Shown: in pieces, positions 1 through 12,479 of the stretch | Numbering within the stretch: position 1 is the first letter of the stretch | Layout of the letters: every line of letters starts with the position of its first letter | Origin: Squalus acanthias | Lineage: Eukaryota | Direction of reading: 5' to 3' | NCBI GenBank assembly: GCA_030390025.1 | Contig: CM059431.1 | Location: 133,736,001 to 133,800,000, forward strand | Length of the DNA stretch: 64,000 nt | Notes under the pieces: generated by a model | Databases searched by the model: none | What the model was told of the DNA's origin: nothing | The model's input: only the letters and a program-made list of their open reading frames with translations | Program-made: the position numbers and the translations under genes

Positions 1-26
1 TAATGTTTGGTTTCTTTCTTATCCAG

Positions 27-188
27 CTTATATTCAGGTCTGCAGAGGTCTCATGATTGCTGCTGTTTGTCTGGGATTTTTTGGTTGCATACTTTCACTG
101 GTGGGGATGAAGTGCACAAAAATTGGAGGCCCAGAAAGGATTAAAGGAAAAATTACCTTTTGCGCAGGAATGCTATTCATTCTTTCTG
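27..188 (+). CDS. CLDN10: Claudin-10 coding exon 2 (YIQVCRGLMIAAVCLGFFGCILSLVGMKCTKIGG...FILSG); exon 1 lies upstream of the window
   Basis: Pyrimidine tract + AG at 25-26 and GTAAG at 189; 162 bp; translation matches the claudin-10 TM2-TM3 region (CRGLMIAAV, GMKCTK). Confidence 0.93.
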
Positions 189-632
189 GTAAGGAGGATC
201 ACAAGTGTGTAAGAGGGGTCTATACAGTCCTCGGCTGGTTTTCACCGCACGTTTTACTCAGGATGCAATTCTAAAAAGGCAAAGGAACCAAGTTAGTCAC
301 TTGACTTAGAACAAAATAAGGCCCATACTGTGCTGCCAATCATTCATAAATACACAATCCTGTGCAAAACCATACATTATGCATTCTCAAACTGCATTTT
401 TAAAAATTCATTCTCAGAATGTGGGCTTCGATGGCAAGGCCAGCATTTATTGTCAATCCCTAGTTGCCTTTGAGAAGGTGGTGGTAGGACTTCTTGAACC
501 GCTGTAGTGTTCTTTGTAGTGGTTTGATACATTGAATGGCTTGTTATGCGACTTCAGAGGGCTGTTAACATGTGTTGATGTGGCACTGGAGTCACATATA
601 GGCCAGACAGAGTAAGGGTGGCAGGTTTCCTA

Positions 633-745
633 AGAACATAAGAAAATAAAAAATAGGAGCAGGCGTAGGCCATTCAGCCCTTCGAGCCTGATCCGCTATT
701 CAATAAGGTCATGGCTGATGGTTTACCTCAACTCCACCTTCCTGC
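633..745 (-). mobile_element. CR1 LINE 3' tail fragment
   Basis: Reverse complement of the GGCCTACTCCTGCTCCTATT..TTATGTTCTT tail seen on full CR1 copies. Confidence 0.7.
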
Positions 746-766
746 AGTAAAGGACATTAATGACAC

Positions 767-1125
767 AATAACAACTTGCATTTATATAGTGCCTTTCATG
801 TAGTAAAACGTTCCAAGCTGCTTCACAGGAGTGTTATCAAACAAAATTTGACATTGAGCCACATAAGGAGATATTAAGACAGGTGACCTTGGTCAAAGAG
901 GTAGGTTTTAAGGAACCTCTTAAAGGAGGAGAGAGAGGTAGAGAAGCGGAGAGGCTTAAGGAGGGAATACCAGGGCCTAGAGCCCAGACAGCTGAAGGCA
1001 CAGCAGCCAATGGTGGAGCGATTAAAATTGGAATTGCGCAAGAGGCCAGAATTGGTGCAGCGCAGAGATCTTGGAGGGTTGAAGGGCTGGTGGAGGTGAC
1101 AGAGATAAGGAGGAGCGAGGCGAGT
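767..1125 (-). mobile_element. L2-type LINE 3' fragment
   Basis: CAACAACTTGCATTTATATAG tail; minus-strand LLKPLRFSTSLSSFKRFLKTYLF; homologous to 37800-38655. Confidence 0.75.
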
Positions 1126-1283
1126 TGGATTTCTACGACAATCCAAAAGTTTCATGGTCACTTTTATTGATACCAGCTGTTTATTACCAAACTTTTTAAA
1201 ACTGAATACAAATTCTCAAACTGCTATGGTGGGATTTGAACTCACATTCGCTGGATTATTAGTCCAGGCCCCCTGGATTACTA

Positions 1284-2221
1284 ATACAAAAGCAAAGTAC
1301 TGTGGATGCTGGAAATCTGAAATAAAAACAGAAAATGCTGGAAATACTCAGCTGTCAGGCAGCATCTGTGGAGGGAGAAACAGAGTTAATGGGCTGGATT
1401 TTCATTGACCCATGGAGGCGGGTTTGGAGGCGTGTGGGGGGTTAAAATTGCGAAAACTGGCGAGTGGGCACAAGCCCGCCTCCACGCAATTTTCATTAAA
1501 TCGTGTCTGCTGGTCCTGACTCCGTCCCGCCTTTAAGAGGCGGGATAGGCTGTTAAGGCCCTTAACAAGCACTAAATTGGCTCTAGAATGCCATTTTGAA
1601 AGGCCTTTGTGATTTTAACCCTTGTTGTATGTGAAGCACGCCTGTTCTGAACCACGATTGTGAAACCTAGCGGGAGCACATTTGGATATGGATAGTTGAC
1701 GCTGGCTGACTGGCTGGCTGGCTATGGGGATGCATATATGGATGGCTATGTGGATGGATGTATATATGGATGGATGGAGAGGAGACATATCTGGGAGTGG
1801 TGGTGTAAAAATATCTGCGCGTAGACTTAGGGCTGCTGCTGCTCATTTTGCAGGTCCTCTCACAGCAAAGGCCTGGCAGTGTTTGAAGACCTTCAATGCA
1901 GCAGCAATGATGACATCATCAGAGGCGACTTTCAGACTGAAAACACTAATTGGGTCATGGGTTCCCACATGCTGGAACTCAATTGCCCAATTAGGTGAAA
2001 ATTGCATCAATCTCCCACATCCAATTGCAGTCGGGTGGATAACACGAAATGCGGATGACACGACCCCAACCCGCCCCAGTATCAAAATCCAGCCCAATGT
2101 TTCAGGTCGATGACCTTTCATCAGAACTGAAAAAAGTTAGAGATACAACACGTTTAAGCAAGTGCAGAGGCAGGGGAAGTGGGGAGTGGTGAAACAACAA
2201 AAGGGAAGGTCTGTGATAGGG
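1284..2221 (-). mobile_element. Penelope-like element terminal fragment, split by a MITE
   Basis: Homologous to 25571-25800; flanked by GGATTACTA duplication; contains an interrupted hammerhead core. Confidence 0.7.
1391..2095. mobile_element. Harbinger-type MITE
   Basis: TIR GGGCTGGATTTT / AAAATCCAGCCC; 3-bp TSD AAT. Confidence 0.8.
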
Positions 2222-2909
2222 ATTACTAGTCCAGTAACATAACGACTACAGTACCTCACATATATATCTTATTCATAACTGTTTACAAATGACAATGCAT
2301 GGCATCATGCTATAAAGTTTTGCGAGTATGTCCTCTATCAGCAAGGCTTCCCAGGTCGTATGGTTGTTTCCTGGACAACTAAATCCCAACATCCATTATG
2401 GTGCATTGACTGTTAGCCAATCTCCATTTTGTCTTTAACTTGCACGCCAGGTGTTATTAAACATGACAGCAGTCTCCTTGACAACAGCTGAGAGCACCAT
2501 TACATTTAGTATAATATTAAACACTTCAAGATTTCCACTTACGTTAGATCACAAACAACCACTTTCTATATTTCTTATATATCCAAGGCATTACATTTAA
2601 ACTATTACAATTAGAAATTAAAATATTTTTACTTTGATTGCTTCACAGCAAACCAAGTTGATTGCAAACATGGGGTCTGCATGAAATTTAGGTTCCCTGT
2701 TGGTTTTCTACTTTAGTTCTTGTACAATGGGTAGATTTTTATCTTTGCTGCCTGGATGTAAAGCATTGCATGCGCAGTACACAGTGAATGAAATGGGGCA
2801 GGTAGGATTGCACACCTGTAATGGAGCCCAGTCCGATTTCCTTCTATCAATTTACACCCAGACGACAAAGACAAAAATCTGTAACTGCTCATAGGTAATC
2901 TGTAATATT

Positions 2910-3924
2910 GGCCTGGATGTTGTGGTAAGAATAATGGTTTATTAAGGAGTTAAATTGGACAGCAACTTCCGGCATTTACACATGCGCAGTTAAACGTGGA
3001 AATCAGGATGTTGCTGTCCGAGTTGCCCTGCTCCTCCACAAGCTTTGTTCTAACAGTATCACACCAAGAGACTCTGCATTTACATACGTGGAAGGGCATG
3101 AAGTCGGGGTACTTACCCACAAAATACTCATGCTGGAAAATTAGGGCTTGTCCATTCAAGTGTAAGTGAATTTTTAACGGCGTGGTAAGTCTTAATTGCT
3201 GCAAATAACCTCTCTGGCATTGAAAATTTACTTTGACAGGTGTAGAGTATGATTCCTTCAGATTTTAATTATTGTTGGAGATTTAAAAAATATAAAAAAT
3301 TGAAATAATTTATTTTTTACTTTTTCTTTCTGTCTCTTTTAACTCTCTCTTAATCCCATCTTTCTTTCCCTCCATTTCACTTTCTGTACATGATTTTTCC
3401 ATTGAATTAAATGTTCTAACTTACACTTCCTGGTTTAGACTCTGTGGGGGAATTTTAACATAGGTGAGCCGGTGAGAGTGGGTGCGGGTGGGGTTAAATG
3501 AGGAAAAATTGGAAGCATGTCTGGAACCGGCTCCAACCCGCCGAGGTTCGACTTTTACTCAAGCGGGACAAGGGCAGCCAACCAGCTCCCAGGAGGTGGG
3601 GTGGCACTTTAAATATGATAATGAGACTGGAAGCCTCGGATTTAACCTGCTGTGTAGTTTTAACTGTGGCTGGCCGGGTTTCCTGGGTCTCAGGAATCCC
3701 GACAGCTGCAGCAAGGTGTAAACAACCTCAGGGAGCACTCCTTATGGGCTGCAAGGAGCAGGATTGCTTTCTCCTGGCCCCCAAACTCCCCCCCCCCGGA
3801 TCGAACTCCCCCTGGGGTCAGGGATTGCACTGTTTCAGCTCTCTAATTATTGCAAATCGCAGTGTAAAAGCTCACAGAAAGTCTGTGGGCACATTCTTGT
3901 GCCGCTGACTGCAAAATCCGGGCC
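2910..3924. mobile_element. Harbinger-type non-autonomous element(s), probably nested
   Basis: Imperfect TIR GGCCTGGATGTTG / CAAAATCCGGGCC; second GGGGGAATTTT end near 3445; no clear TSD. Confidence 0.5.
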
Positions 3925-4078
3925 AACATTTCACTACCTTTAACAGTTTAATCTATGTTCACTTCAAGCTATTATATGAATGGGCTACCTATGACATAAA
4001 TTTAACTTGTTGTATAAGGAATTTACAGTTCTTTAATTCATTATTCAGCTTGGACTAATGCAAATCTATTCCCTACAG

Positions 4079-4160
4079 GGTTATCATCTGTAATTGCTTT
4101 TTCATGGTATGCAAATCGAATTACTGCAGAATTCTATGATCCCATGATTGTAGAACAAAA
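4079..4160 (+). CDS. CLDN10: Claudin-10 coding exon 3 (GLSSVIAFSWYANRITAEFYDPMIVEQK)
   Basis: ccctacAG acceptor, GTAAGT donor; 82 bp; phase compatible with the flanking exons; claudin ECL2 motif. Confidence 0.93.
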
Positions 4161-4693
4161 GTAAGTTTTCACTATGGTACCAGCTTAATTTTCTTCTAAG
4201 CTATTAAATTTAATGACTGACAAATGGAGTGAAGCTGAGATTGTCATCACTATCAAATAAAACTATTAGCAATACTTCAGAACAGCATTCTTTTTAAGAT
4301 TTATTAATTTAACATTTTAGTATTGAAACTTTGATTATTCATTTGTATTGTTAAATGAAATGATTCCCTAAAACAATTTTGATTCTTTAACTAGTTTGAT
4401 CCACACTTTCTTTCATTGTGATAAAATATTATTTGTTCCATTGCAATGAATAGAAGCAAGGAATTGGTGCTAAATAATGGCGAATTTTGTGATTTGTACT
4501 ATGGCTTATATTAAGCATGTGTTACTAATATTAGTTAGTCACTTTTGGTCCAAATGTAATGTTGATGAATCCTTCTTTGATTTGTTACTGGATTCTGAAT
4601 ATGTTCCACTAGATTTTTCAAATTGGGAAAAGAAAATTAACTAGAAGTGGAAAAATGGAACATCCTCATTCTCATCCTTTTCTGCAGGGTGTA

Positions 4694-4753
4694 GCTGCAC
4701 CAGGATCTATACACTTCCTTCATGCTGCACCAGGATCTATACACTTCCTTCAT
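4694..4753 (+). repeat. Perfect 30-bp tandem duplication
   Basis: GCTGCACCAGGATCTATACACTTCCTTCAT x2. Confidence 0.9.
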
Positions 4754-5602
4754 ACTGGACTTTTAGGGATTCTCATTTATGGTTCTTCATGGTAAAGGGA
4801 GAAAATATAAAATTGCCTACTTTGTTCATGTGCTAATTGTGCCATTAGAATATTTAAGATTGAGTGTGCGTACAAGGCAATCATATTTAAGCTACCCTAC
4901 TTTGCAAAGAGATAAGTAGTCATGCAGACAGGAGATATTTAGGCTGAAAAGTACCTCACTTGGAATGCTGTATTTTGACCTAATCTCCAAGATTTAAAAA
5001 AAACACAGGTGAACCATAAGGAGGCAAAGAAGCTTACTGGGGCCAAGGTCTAAAGTTTAGATGGTTCTGCTGCATGCAAACTATACTAAAAGAGAATGCC
5101 AAATAGGGCAGAGAAGGATGTGACTTACAGGAGCACAGTGACAACCCAACAGAGCATTCAGCTCTGAAGTTGGCAACGGCAACTGGTTTGCACAAGGCTC
5201 AGAGCAGTGGGACGAGAGTCATCAGAAAAGGAAAATGAAAAGTACAAAAAAACTGACAACAAAAAACAAATCTCCCTGCTAGTAATGACAATTTAGGTTA
5301 ACACTGAGAGATCCCCCATGGATTTAGTCGTGGTAAGTTGGAGGATGCATTATTTTATAAGGGCAGGAGAATTCTACGATGTAACACACAATGTATTATT
5401 CTGCTACTAAGGTGGAATGGCCTGTAACCAAGCATGTCCTTTTAAAGCCACTGGGGGTTCAATTGGATAACGCTGACAACAGGAGTGGGGGTCGTGGTAT
5501 ACGGTTAACTGGCACCTATTCATTGCGTTGCAAGCAGCACGTTAAATTCGTGCTGGCTGCTGTTTTACATGATTGTTGCATGCAGCTAACACTAGAATCA
5601 TA

Positions 5603-6491
5603 GGGGGAAAAATTCAGTTGGTTGCACCTCCCGTTAGCGCCTTAAGAGGGCGCTAATGGGGCGCAAAGCATCTAGCACCCAGGCGCGGCGAAGTTTGCGC
5701 CGCTCGCAACATTAACTAGACATTTTGCGGCAGCGCTAAACACTACTGCCACGATCTCCTGCGCCGGCAGATTGTGACATCAGTCGAGTGCGCAACGCCC
5801 CGGTATCACCCCGGAGCGGATATTGAGTGGCGCCCCCTGCCTTACCGCCTGACGCTAGCAACGACAGGTTGAGGGGAGCGTTCTCCAGTCATGAAGGGAA
5901 AGGGGGAGCACTATTTAAAGGTGACCGCTTCCTGCCTTTTATTGTTGGTGCCATTTTTGAACTACGCATTCTGAGAGAGAGAGAGACTTCTGGAGAGATT
6001 CAACGTTGTGTGAAGGAGTTTTGGGTACTGAGCAGCACTTTGCAGGTTCATTTTGATTTGCCATTCCTTGTATCGATTTAGAAGAGACTGTGGGGACTGC
6101 ACTCTGAGCTCTTTGCCTGGTACTCTCCATTGTTCTTTCCAGCAGATTTGATGTGCAGGTCTCTCCAGGCCGAGATTCAAGGCTGCAATGAGCAGGATGT
6201 GGATGGAAAGCAAGATTAACCATCCCCTTTAAGAACTGGCCCGTGCCATTGTGTGTGTGTTCCATTGCTGACTGACATTACATGAGCTTCGCCAGCGCTC
6301 TGAGGTAGCGCCTCGCTCCTCGGCCTTTGCGCCTTAAGACAGGTGTGAAGCGCCTGATTTAGCGCTCCAATCACCTCCAGGGGCGATAAAAGTCAAGTTT
6401 GCAGTCGGTGGCGATAATTAGTGCCAGGCGCTAATCTTTGCGCCCGGCCGATAATTGCGCCCCAAGTGGGGTGATACTGAATTTCTCCCCC
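5603..6491. mobile_element. Harbinger-type MITE, copy A
   Basis: TIR GGGGGAAAAATTCAG / CTGAATTTCTCCCCC; TSD ATA; near-identical to 36719-37612. Confidence 0.88.
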
Positions 6492-7478
6492 ATAGAATCA
6501 TAGAAATTTACTGCACAGAAGGAGGCCAGTTGGCCCATCTTGTCCATACCAGCCGACAAAGAGCTATCCACCCTAATCCCACTTTCCAGCTCTTGGTCCG
6601 TAGCCTTGTAGGTTACGGAATTTCAAGTGCACATCCAAGTACTTTTTAAATGTGATGACGGTCTCTGCCTCTACCACCCTTTCAGGCAGTGAGTTCCAGA
6701 CCCCCCTCTACCCTCTGGGTGAAAAAAATTCTCCTCAAATCCCCTCTAAACCTCTGACCAATTACTTTAAATCTATGCCCCCTGGTTATTGACTCTTCTG
6801 CTAAGGGAAATAATTCCTTCCTATCCACTCTATCAAGGCTCCTTATAATTTTATACATCTCAATTAGATCTCCCCTCAGCCTCCTCTGTTCCAAAGAAAA
6901 CAACCCCAGCCTCTCCAAACCTTCCTCATAGCTAAAATTCTCCAGTCCAGGCAACATCCTCGTAAATCTCCTCTGCACCCCCTCTAGTGCAATCACATCT
7001 TTCCTGTAATGTGGTGACCAGAACTGTATGGTGTACTCTAGCTGAAGCCTAACTCGTGTTTTACACAGTTCAAGCATAACCTCCCTGCTCTTATATTCTA
7101 TGCCTCGGCTAATAAAGGCAAGTGCCCCGTATGCCTTCTTAACCACCTTATCTACCTGTCCTGCTACCTTCCGGGATCTGTGGACATGCACTCCAAGGTC
7201 CCTCTGTTCCTCTACACTTCTCAGTGTCCTACCATTTATTGTGTATTCCCCTTGCCTTGTTAGCCCTCCCCAAATACATTACCTCGCACTTGTCCGGATT
7301 GAATTCCATTTGCCACTGTTCTGCCCACCTGACCAATTTATTGATATCTTCCTGCAGTCTGCAGCTTTTTTCTTCATTATCAACCACACGGCCAATTTTT
7401 GTATCATCTGCAAACTTCTTAATCATACCTCCTACATTCAAGTCTAAATCGTTGATATATATCACAAAAAGCAAGGGA
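6492..7478 (-). mobile_element. 5'-truncated CR1 LINE (RT C-terminus)
   Basis: ORFs with KFADDTK and RRLRGDLIE; (TAGAATCA)n tail. Confidence 0.9.
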
Positions 7479-7642
7479 CTTGCGCTGTTCATTGGCTGCA
7501 TGCATCAGCAGGGGCCCCGATATTGCAGATGGCTAGCGTTACTTAAAGGCAGCCTGCATCTCTTAAAGGGGAGGTGCATTGAGAATGCAAGAAGTGGTGG
7601 GAGTCCTTTGTGAGCTTAATCTGTATTCTAATATATTGAAGA

Positions 7643-9521
7643 ATGGCTGAACATGCGAAAGAGCATGCACCAAGGTTTTCTAATAATGCACTGGAGGCCT
7701 TTGTGCAGGAGGAGGAGAGGAGGAGGGACATCCTCTATCCACAGAGGGGACAGGAGGCCCTCAAGATATATGTCTCAAGGAGGCAGTGGGAAGAAGTATA
7801 TATGGAGGTCAGGAGTATAGGAGGATGCAATGCAGGAAGAGGTTTAATGAACTGACACAAGTTGTCAAGGTGAGTGAGTTCAATCTTCAAATGGCATACC
7901 CTACAAACTGCACCACTAGCCTCATCCCTTGCTCAATTCACTACACTCCATTCACCCACCTACCAACAATCTCTATCAATCAGGACTCAACCCTTCAATT
8001 CATATGGTTTACCGCACCATCACATACTTAACACTGTTGCAGGCCTCACACCCACAACTCATAGCTCACAAACACTGGCAGCTATTCAACCATTACAGCC
8101 ACATCAGCCAAACATATTCTAGGACACTCACTGACACACTTCCCTCTTTCTTGCAGGAGAAGTTGATATATAACGGGCAGCAGCAGGAAAGAACTGGAGG
8201 AGGAAAAGCGCACCTGCATGTTTTAACCTCCATGAAGGAGAGAGTCCTGGCCATCATGGGAAGGGGCATCACTGAGGCGGTGGCCACTGGCAGGACTGGA
8301 GGATTGATGATGCGGGTACCTGCATACCTAATCCTCGTTCTCTCTTCCCACTCCTCCCTCATCCCACAATCTCTTCTGACTCACAAGCTACAGATGGTGT
8401 AAGCACACACTTCTTACTCTCTCCTTGCCCCTCACCACAACACAACCTTTGTCCCTTTTTCATTTTAGATAGCCAAGAACAGGAACCTTTCCAGTCAGAG
8501 GAGGAAGACAGTGAAGATGAATAGACACCGTCACTCTACCTTACACTCGCAGCCACCAGTTCAGAGACTGACACTGAGTATAATTTAAAGGTTAGGATAG
8601 AGAATTGATCTGCACGTGGTGAGACACCAGGTACAAGTGTGCAGGAGCCACGATGGGGGGAAAGGATAGCGCAGGAACCACCTTGCCAGAGGGCAAGGTC
8701 GCACACTAGTTCTGCTCCATAGGAGTAGTTGAGGACTTTGATGGCCCAGGCCCAGGCTACAGAAGGAGGCTGATCGGTGTACACAACTTGGTGCATTGGA
8801 AAGCTTGCCAGAAAGCCCAAGGAGCATGGAGGAGTCCAACTCCAACTTGACACAGGGATTTGCGCAGAGCTTGGAGCCCATCCTTTCCAACATGGAACGG
8901 GTGGTCACCTCCATGAGCATACCTGTGGAACCCACCATGATGCAGCGTCTGATAGCCAATGTCACAACTTCCATTGCAGCACAAACAGCTTCCATTGCAG
9001 CACAAACAGGTGTTATCAAAGGTCAGACTGCCGCATTGGAATCTCAGACTGCTGCCCTGCAAGCTTAGACTGCTGCCATCGTGGCTCTGAAAAGCACTGT
9101 TTAAAGTACCAGGGCATCACAGCAGTGCCTTAATCTATTCTCCAACAGATCACCAGGATTGCTGAGGCACTGTCCCAGGAGAGTGGCAGTGGTTCCATGG
9201 AACAGGAACCTGCTTTCCTTTCTCAGGACACAGTATTCCTGCTCCCACCCACTGCCACTCTGCCAATGCCCCAGCTGCTACTTGTCAGTCAATCAGCACA
9301 GATTGCTGCAGCCCAGGCCGAGATGGTGCAGTCTGAAGCTGGGCTCTCTAGGCCCAGAGCTGCTTGAGGTCGTCCTCCAAGGCCATCTGCAGTCTCCTCA
9401 ATTAAAGGTCAGCAGCCATCCACCTCACTTGCTGCAGCCACTGGAGAAGCACCTGGTAGGAGCACTCGGAAAAGCACAGGCACACGGAACACAGGCACTA
9501 AGGGAATGCGCAAAGGTGATT
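7643..9521 (+). pseudogene. Harbinger Myb/SANT-like DNA-binding protein gene remnant (multi-exon)
   Basis: APRFSNNALEAFVQE...RRQWEEV...QCRKRFNEL then GTGAGT donor; acceptor near 8156; stops and frameshifts. Confidence 0.75.
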
Positions 9522-9769
9522 AATTTCATTTTGGATGCATTATTTAATGAATGAATATATAAAATTGGATTTAAATTAGCATCTTCTGGTTGGTTTTAAT
9601 TTTGTGTTGTCAGAAAGAGGACGATGTGATGGTCAGTGATTGAGGAAAGGTAAGGAGTTGGTGAATAGGGAGGTATAGTTGAAGTTACTGGTATCGCTCA
9701 TGAATAATCTGATCACGTAGAGCCAGGTATAAAGGGGCTGTCTACATTGTAGCCTCCCTTCCTCTTCAT

Positions 9770-11408
9770 CTTTAGCCAAAAGGGCCAAGTGGATGATTCA
9801 TCTCAGCCTCCACCTGAGGTTCCCGCCATCACAGATGCCAGCCTTCAGCAATTCAATTCACTCCACGTGATATCAAAAAATGGCTGAGTGCACTAGATAT
9901 GCCAAAGGCTATAAGCACCAACAACATCACTGCTGCAGTGCTGAAGACTTGTGCTCCAGAACGAGCCACGCTTCTAGCCAATCTGTTCCAATACAGCTAC
10001 AAATCTGGCCTCTATCCAACAAAGTGGAAAATTGCCCAGGTATGTTCTGTCCACAAAAAGCAAGAAAAATCAAATCCGGTCAATTACCGCCCCATCAGTC
10101 TTCTCTCAATCATCAGCAATGTGATGGAAGGTGTCATCGACAGTGCTATCAAGTGACACTTACTCACCAATAATCTGCTAACCGATGCCCAGTTTGGGTT
10201 CCGCCAAGATCACTCGGCTCCAGACCTCAGTACAGCCTTGGCCCAAACATGGACAAAAGGGCTGAATTCCAAGGTGAGGTGAGATTGCCCTTGACATCAA
10301 GGCAGCATTTGACTGAGTGTGGCACCAAGGAGCCTGAGTAAAACTGAAGTCAATGGGAATTGGGGGAAAACTCTCCACTGGCTGGAGTCATGCCTAGCAC
10401 AAAGGAAGATGGTTGTGTTTGTTGGAGGCCAATCATCTCAGCCCCAGGACATTGCTGCAGGAGTTCCTCAGAGCAGTGTCCTAAGCCCAACTATCTTCAG
10501 CTGCTTCATCAATGACCTGCCCTCATCTTAAGGTCAGAAGTGGGGATGTTCGCTGATGATTGCACAGTGCTCAATTCCATTTGTAACTCCTCAGATAATG
10601 AAGCAGTCCATGCCCACATGCAGCAAGGCCTGGACAACATTCAGGCTTGGGCAGGTAAGTGGCAAGTAACATTCGCGCCACACAAGTGCCAGGCAATGAC
10701 TATCTCCAACAAGAGAGGGTCTAACCACCGCCCCTTGACATTCAATGGCATTACCATAATTGAATCCCCCACCATTAACATCCTGGGGGTCACCATTGAC
10801 CAGAAACTTAACAGGACCAGTCACAAAAATATTGTGGCTACAAGAGTGGGTCAGAGGCTGGGTATTCTGTAGTGAGTGACTCACCTCCTGACTCCCCAAA
10901 GCCTTTCCACCATCTACAAGGCAAAAGTCAGGAGTGTGATGGAATACTCTCCACTTGCCCGGATGAGTGCAGCTCCAACAACACTCAAGAGCTCGAAACC
11001 ATCCAGAACAAAGCAGCCTGCTTGATCAGCACCCCATCCACCACCTTAAACATTCACTCCCTCCAGTACAAGATGCACTGCAGCAACTCGCCAGGGCTTC
11101 TTCAACAGCACATCCCAAACCTGCAAACTCTACCACCAAGAAGGACAAGGGCAGCAGGCGCATGGGAACACCACCACCTCCAAGTTCCTCTCTAAGTCAC
11201 ACACCATCCTGACTTGGAAATATATCGCCATTCCTTAAGTGTCGCTGGGTCAAAATCCTGGAACTCCTTCCCTAACAGTACCTTCACCACGTGGACTGCA
11301 GCGGTTCAAGAAGGCAGCTCACCACCACCTTCTCAAGGGCAATTTGGGATGGGCAATAAATGCTGGTCTTGCCAGCGATGCCGACATTCCGCGAATGAAC
11401 AAAAAAAA
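9770..11408 (+). mobile_element. CR1/L2-clade LINE RT fragment (second family)
   Basis: NYRPISLLSIIS, GVPQSSVLSP and MFADD motifs; A-rich end at 11401-11408. Confidence 0.85.
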
Positions 11409-11419
11409 GTCAAAAATTC

Positions 11420-12441
11420 CTCTTGCACTTCTTCCTCCTCCTCCTCCTCTTCCTCCTGCTCGTCAGCTCTTGCCTGATAGGTGGTGGCAAGGGCTGTTCC
11501 CTCATAATGGCCAGGTTGTGCAGCATACTACCACAAAGCTTGATTCCCGTTCAGCTGTGTGGTGCTCGGCTCCTCCAGAGCAGTCCAGGCAGTGGAAGTG
11601 CGCTTGAGGATGCCGATGGTGTGCTCTATAATGTTCCTTATGGCAGCATGACTCTCATTGTAGGCCTGCTGTGCACGTGTGTGGGTTTTAGACTGGAGTC
11701 ATCAGCCATGTCATGAGGTACCTTGTTGCCCAGTAGCCAGCCTTTGACTTGCCATGGTGGGTCAAATAGAGGTGGAGCAGAAGACTGCCGCAGAATAAAA
11801 GAATCGTGACTGCTGCCAGGATAAGAGGCAGCCGCCTGCATGATGTGCTGGCTATGGTAGCACAGCAGCTGCACATTGAGGGACTGCAATCCCTTTCAGT
11901 TAATGAAAATGGCAATGTGCTGTCAATGGCACCCTGCACCCTGCAATCTATGCAAAACCTCATGCTCGCTCCGCCTGCTTGTCTCTGGCAAGGCAAAATG
12001 AGATGAGTGTGTTTCTCATTGTATAGAGAGCCTCAGTGAGCTCCTTTATACAGCAGTGCACTGCAAACTGTGAGATGTCGCTTATATCTCCAGTTCCATC
12101 CTGAAAGGAGACAAACACATAAAACTTAAGAGCCCCGGTCACCTTGACAGCCATAGGCAATGCTGTCGTTGCCTTGCTCTGAGGCAGCTGTTGACAGTTT
12201 TCACTCACGACCTCCTTAGTGAACCAAAGAAGTCTTATGCTTTGGTCGTCACTGAAGGTGAGTTAAGAGAATTGCTTCCTAAAGACCCTCTGCGGATATG
12301 GCCTCCTGCTGAGTAACTTTCTCCCCTCCTCCTCCTCCCTCTTCTCACAGCTTGTCCTGCTCTACATGGCCTCTCTTCATTCTCCCAGTCATGCTCAATT
12401 CCCAGAGAAACCCCTACCAGGCCATCCATGTCTGGAAGCAA
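11420..12441 (-). pseudogene. Harbinger (HARBI1-like) DDE transposase remnant
   Basis: AVKVTGALKFY, VQGAIDST, SLNVQLLC and YPGSSHDSFILRQS motifs; frameshifted. Confidence 0.85.
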
Positions 12442-12479
12442 CTGCTTTCAGCACAATATTTTATACATTATAATACATT

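Larger units (their letters stand above)
403..2252 (-). mobile_element. tRNA-derived SINE, fragmented by nested CR1, L2, Penelope and MITE insertions
   Basis: Minus strand: A-box-like head near 2250, B-box GAGTTCAAATCCCACC near 1228-1243; 3' tail (403-470) resembles the 3' end of the LINE at 9770-11408. Confidence 0.6.

Noticed and set aside
189..274. ORF 53..274 continuing past FILSG
   Set aside because: Read-through into intron 2; claudin similarity stops at the GTAAG donor.
4688..4791. Possible cryptic CLDN10 exon (ttttctgcAG ... GTAAAG) containing the 30-bp duplication
   Set aside because: Its 104 bp would shift the frame, it has no claudin similarity, and exons 3 and 4 join correctly without it.
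5827..6265. ORFs repeated at 36943-37386
   Set aside because: The similarity reflects two MITE copies; frames differ with the (GA)n length and no domain is evident.
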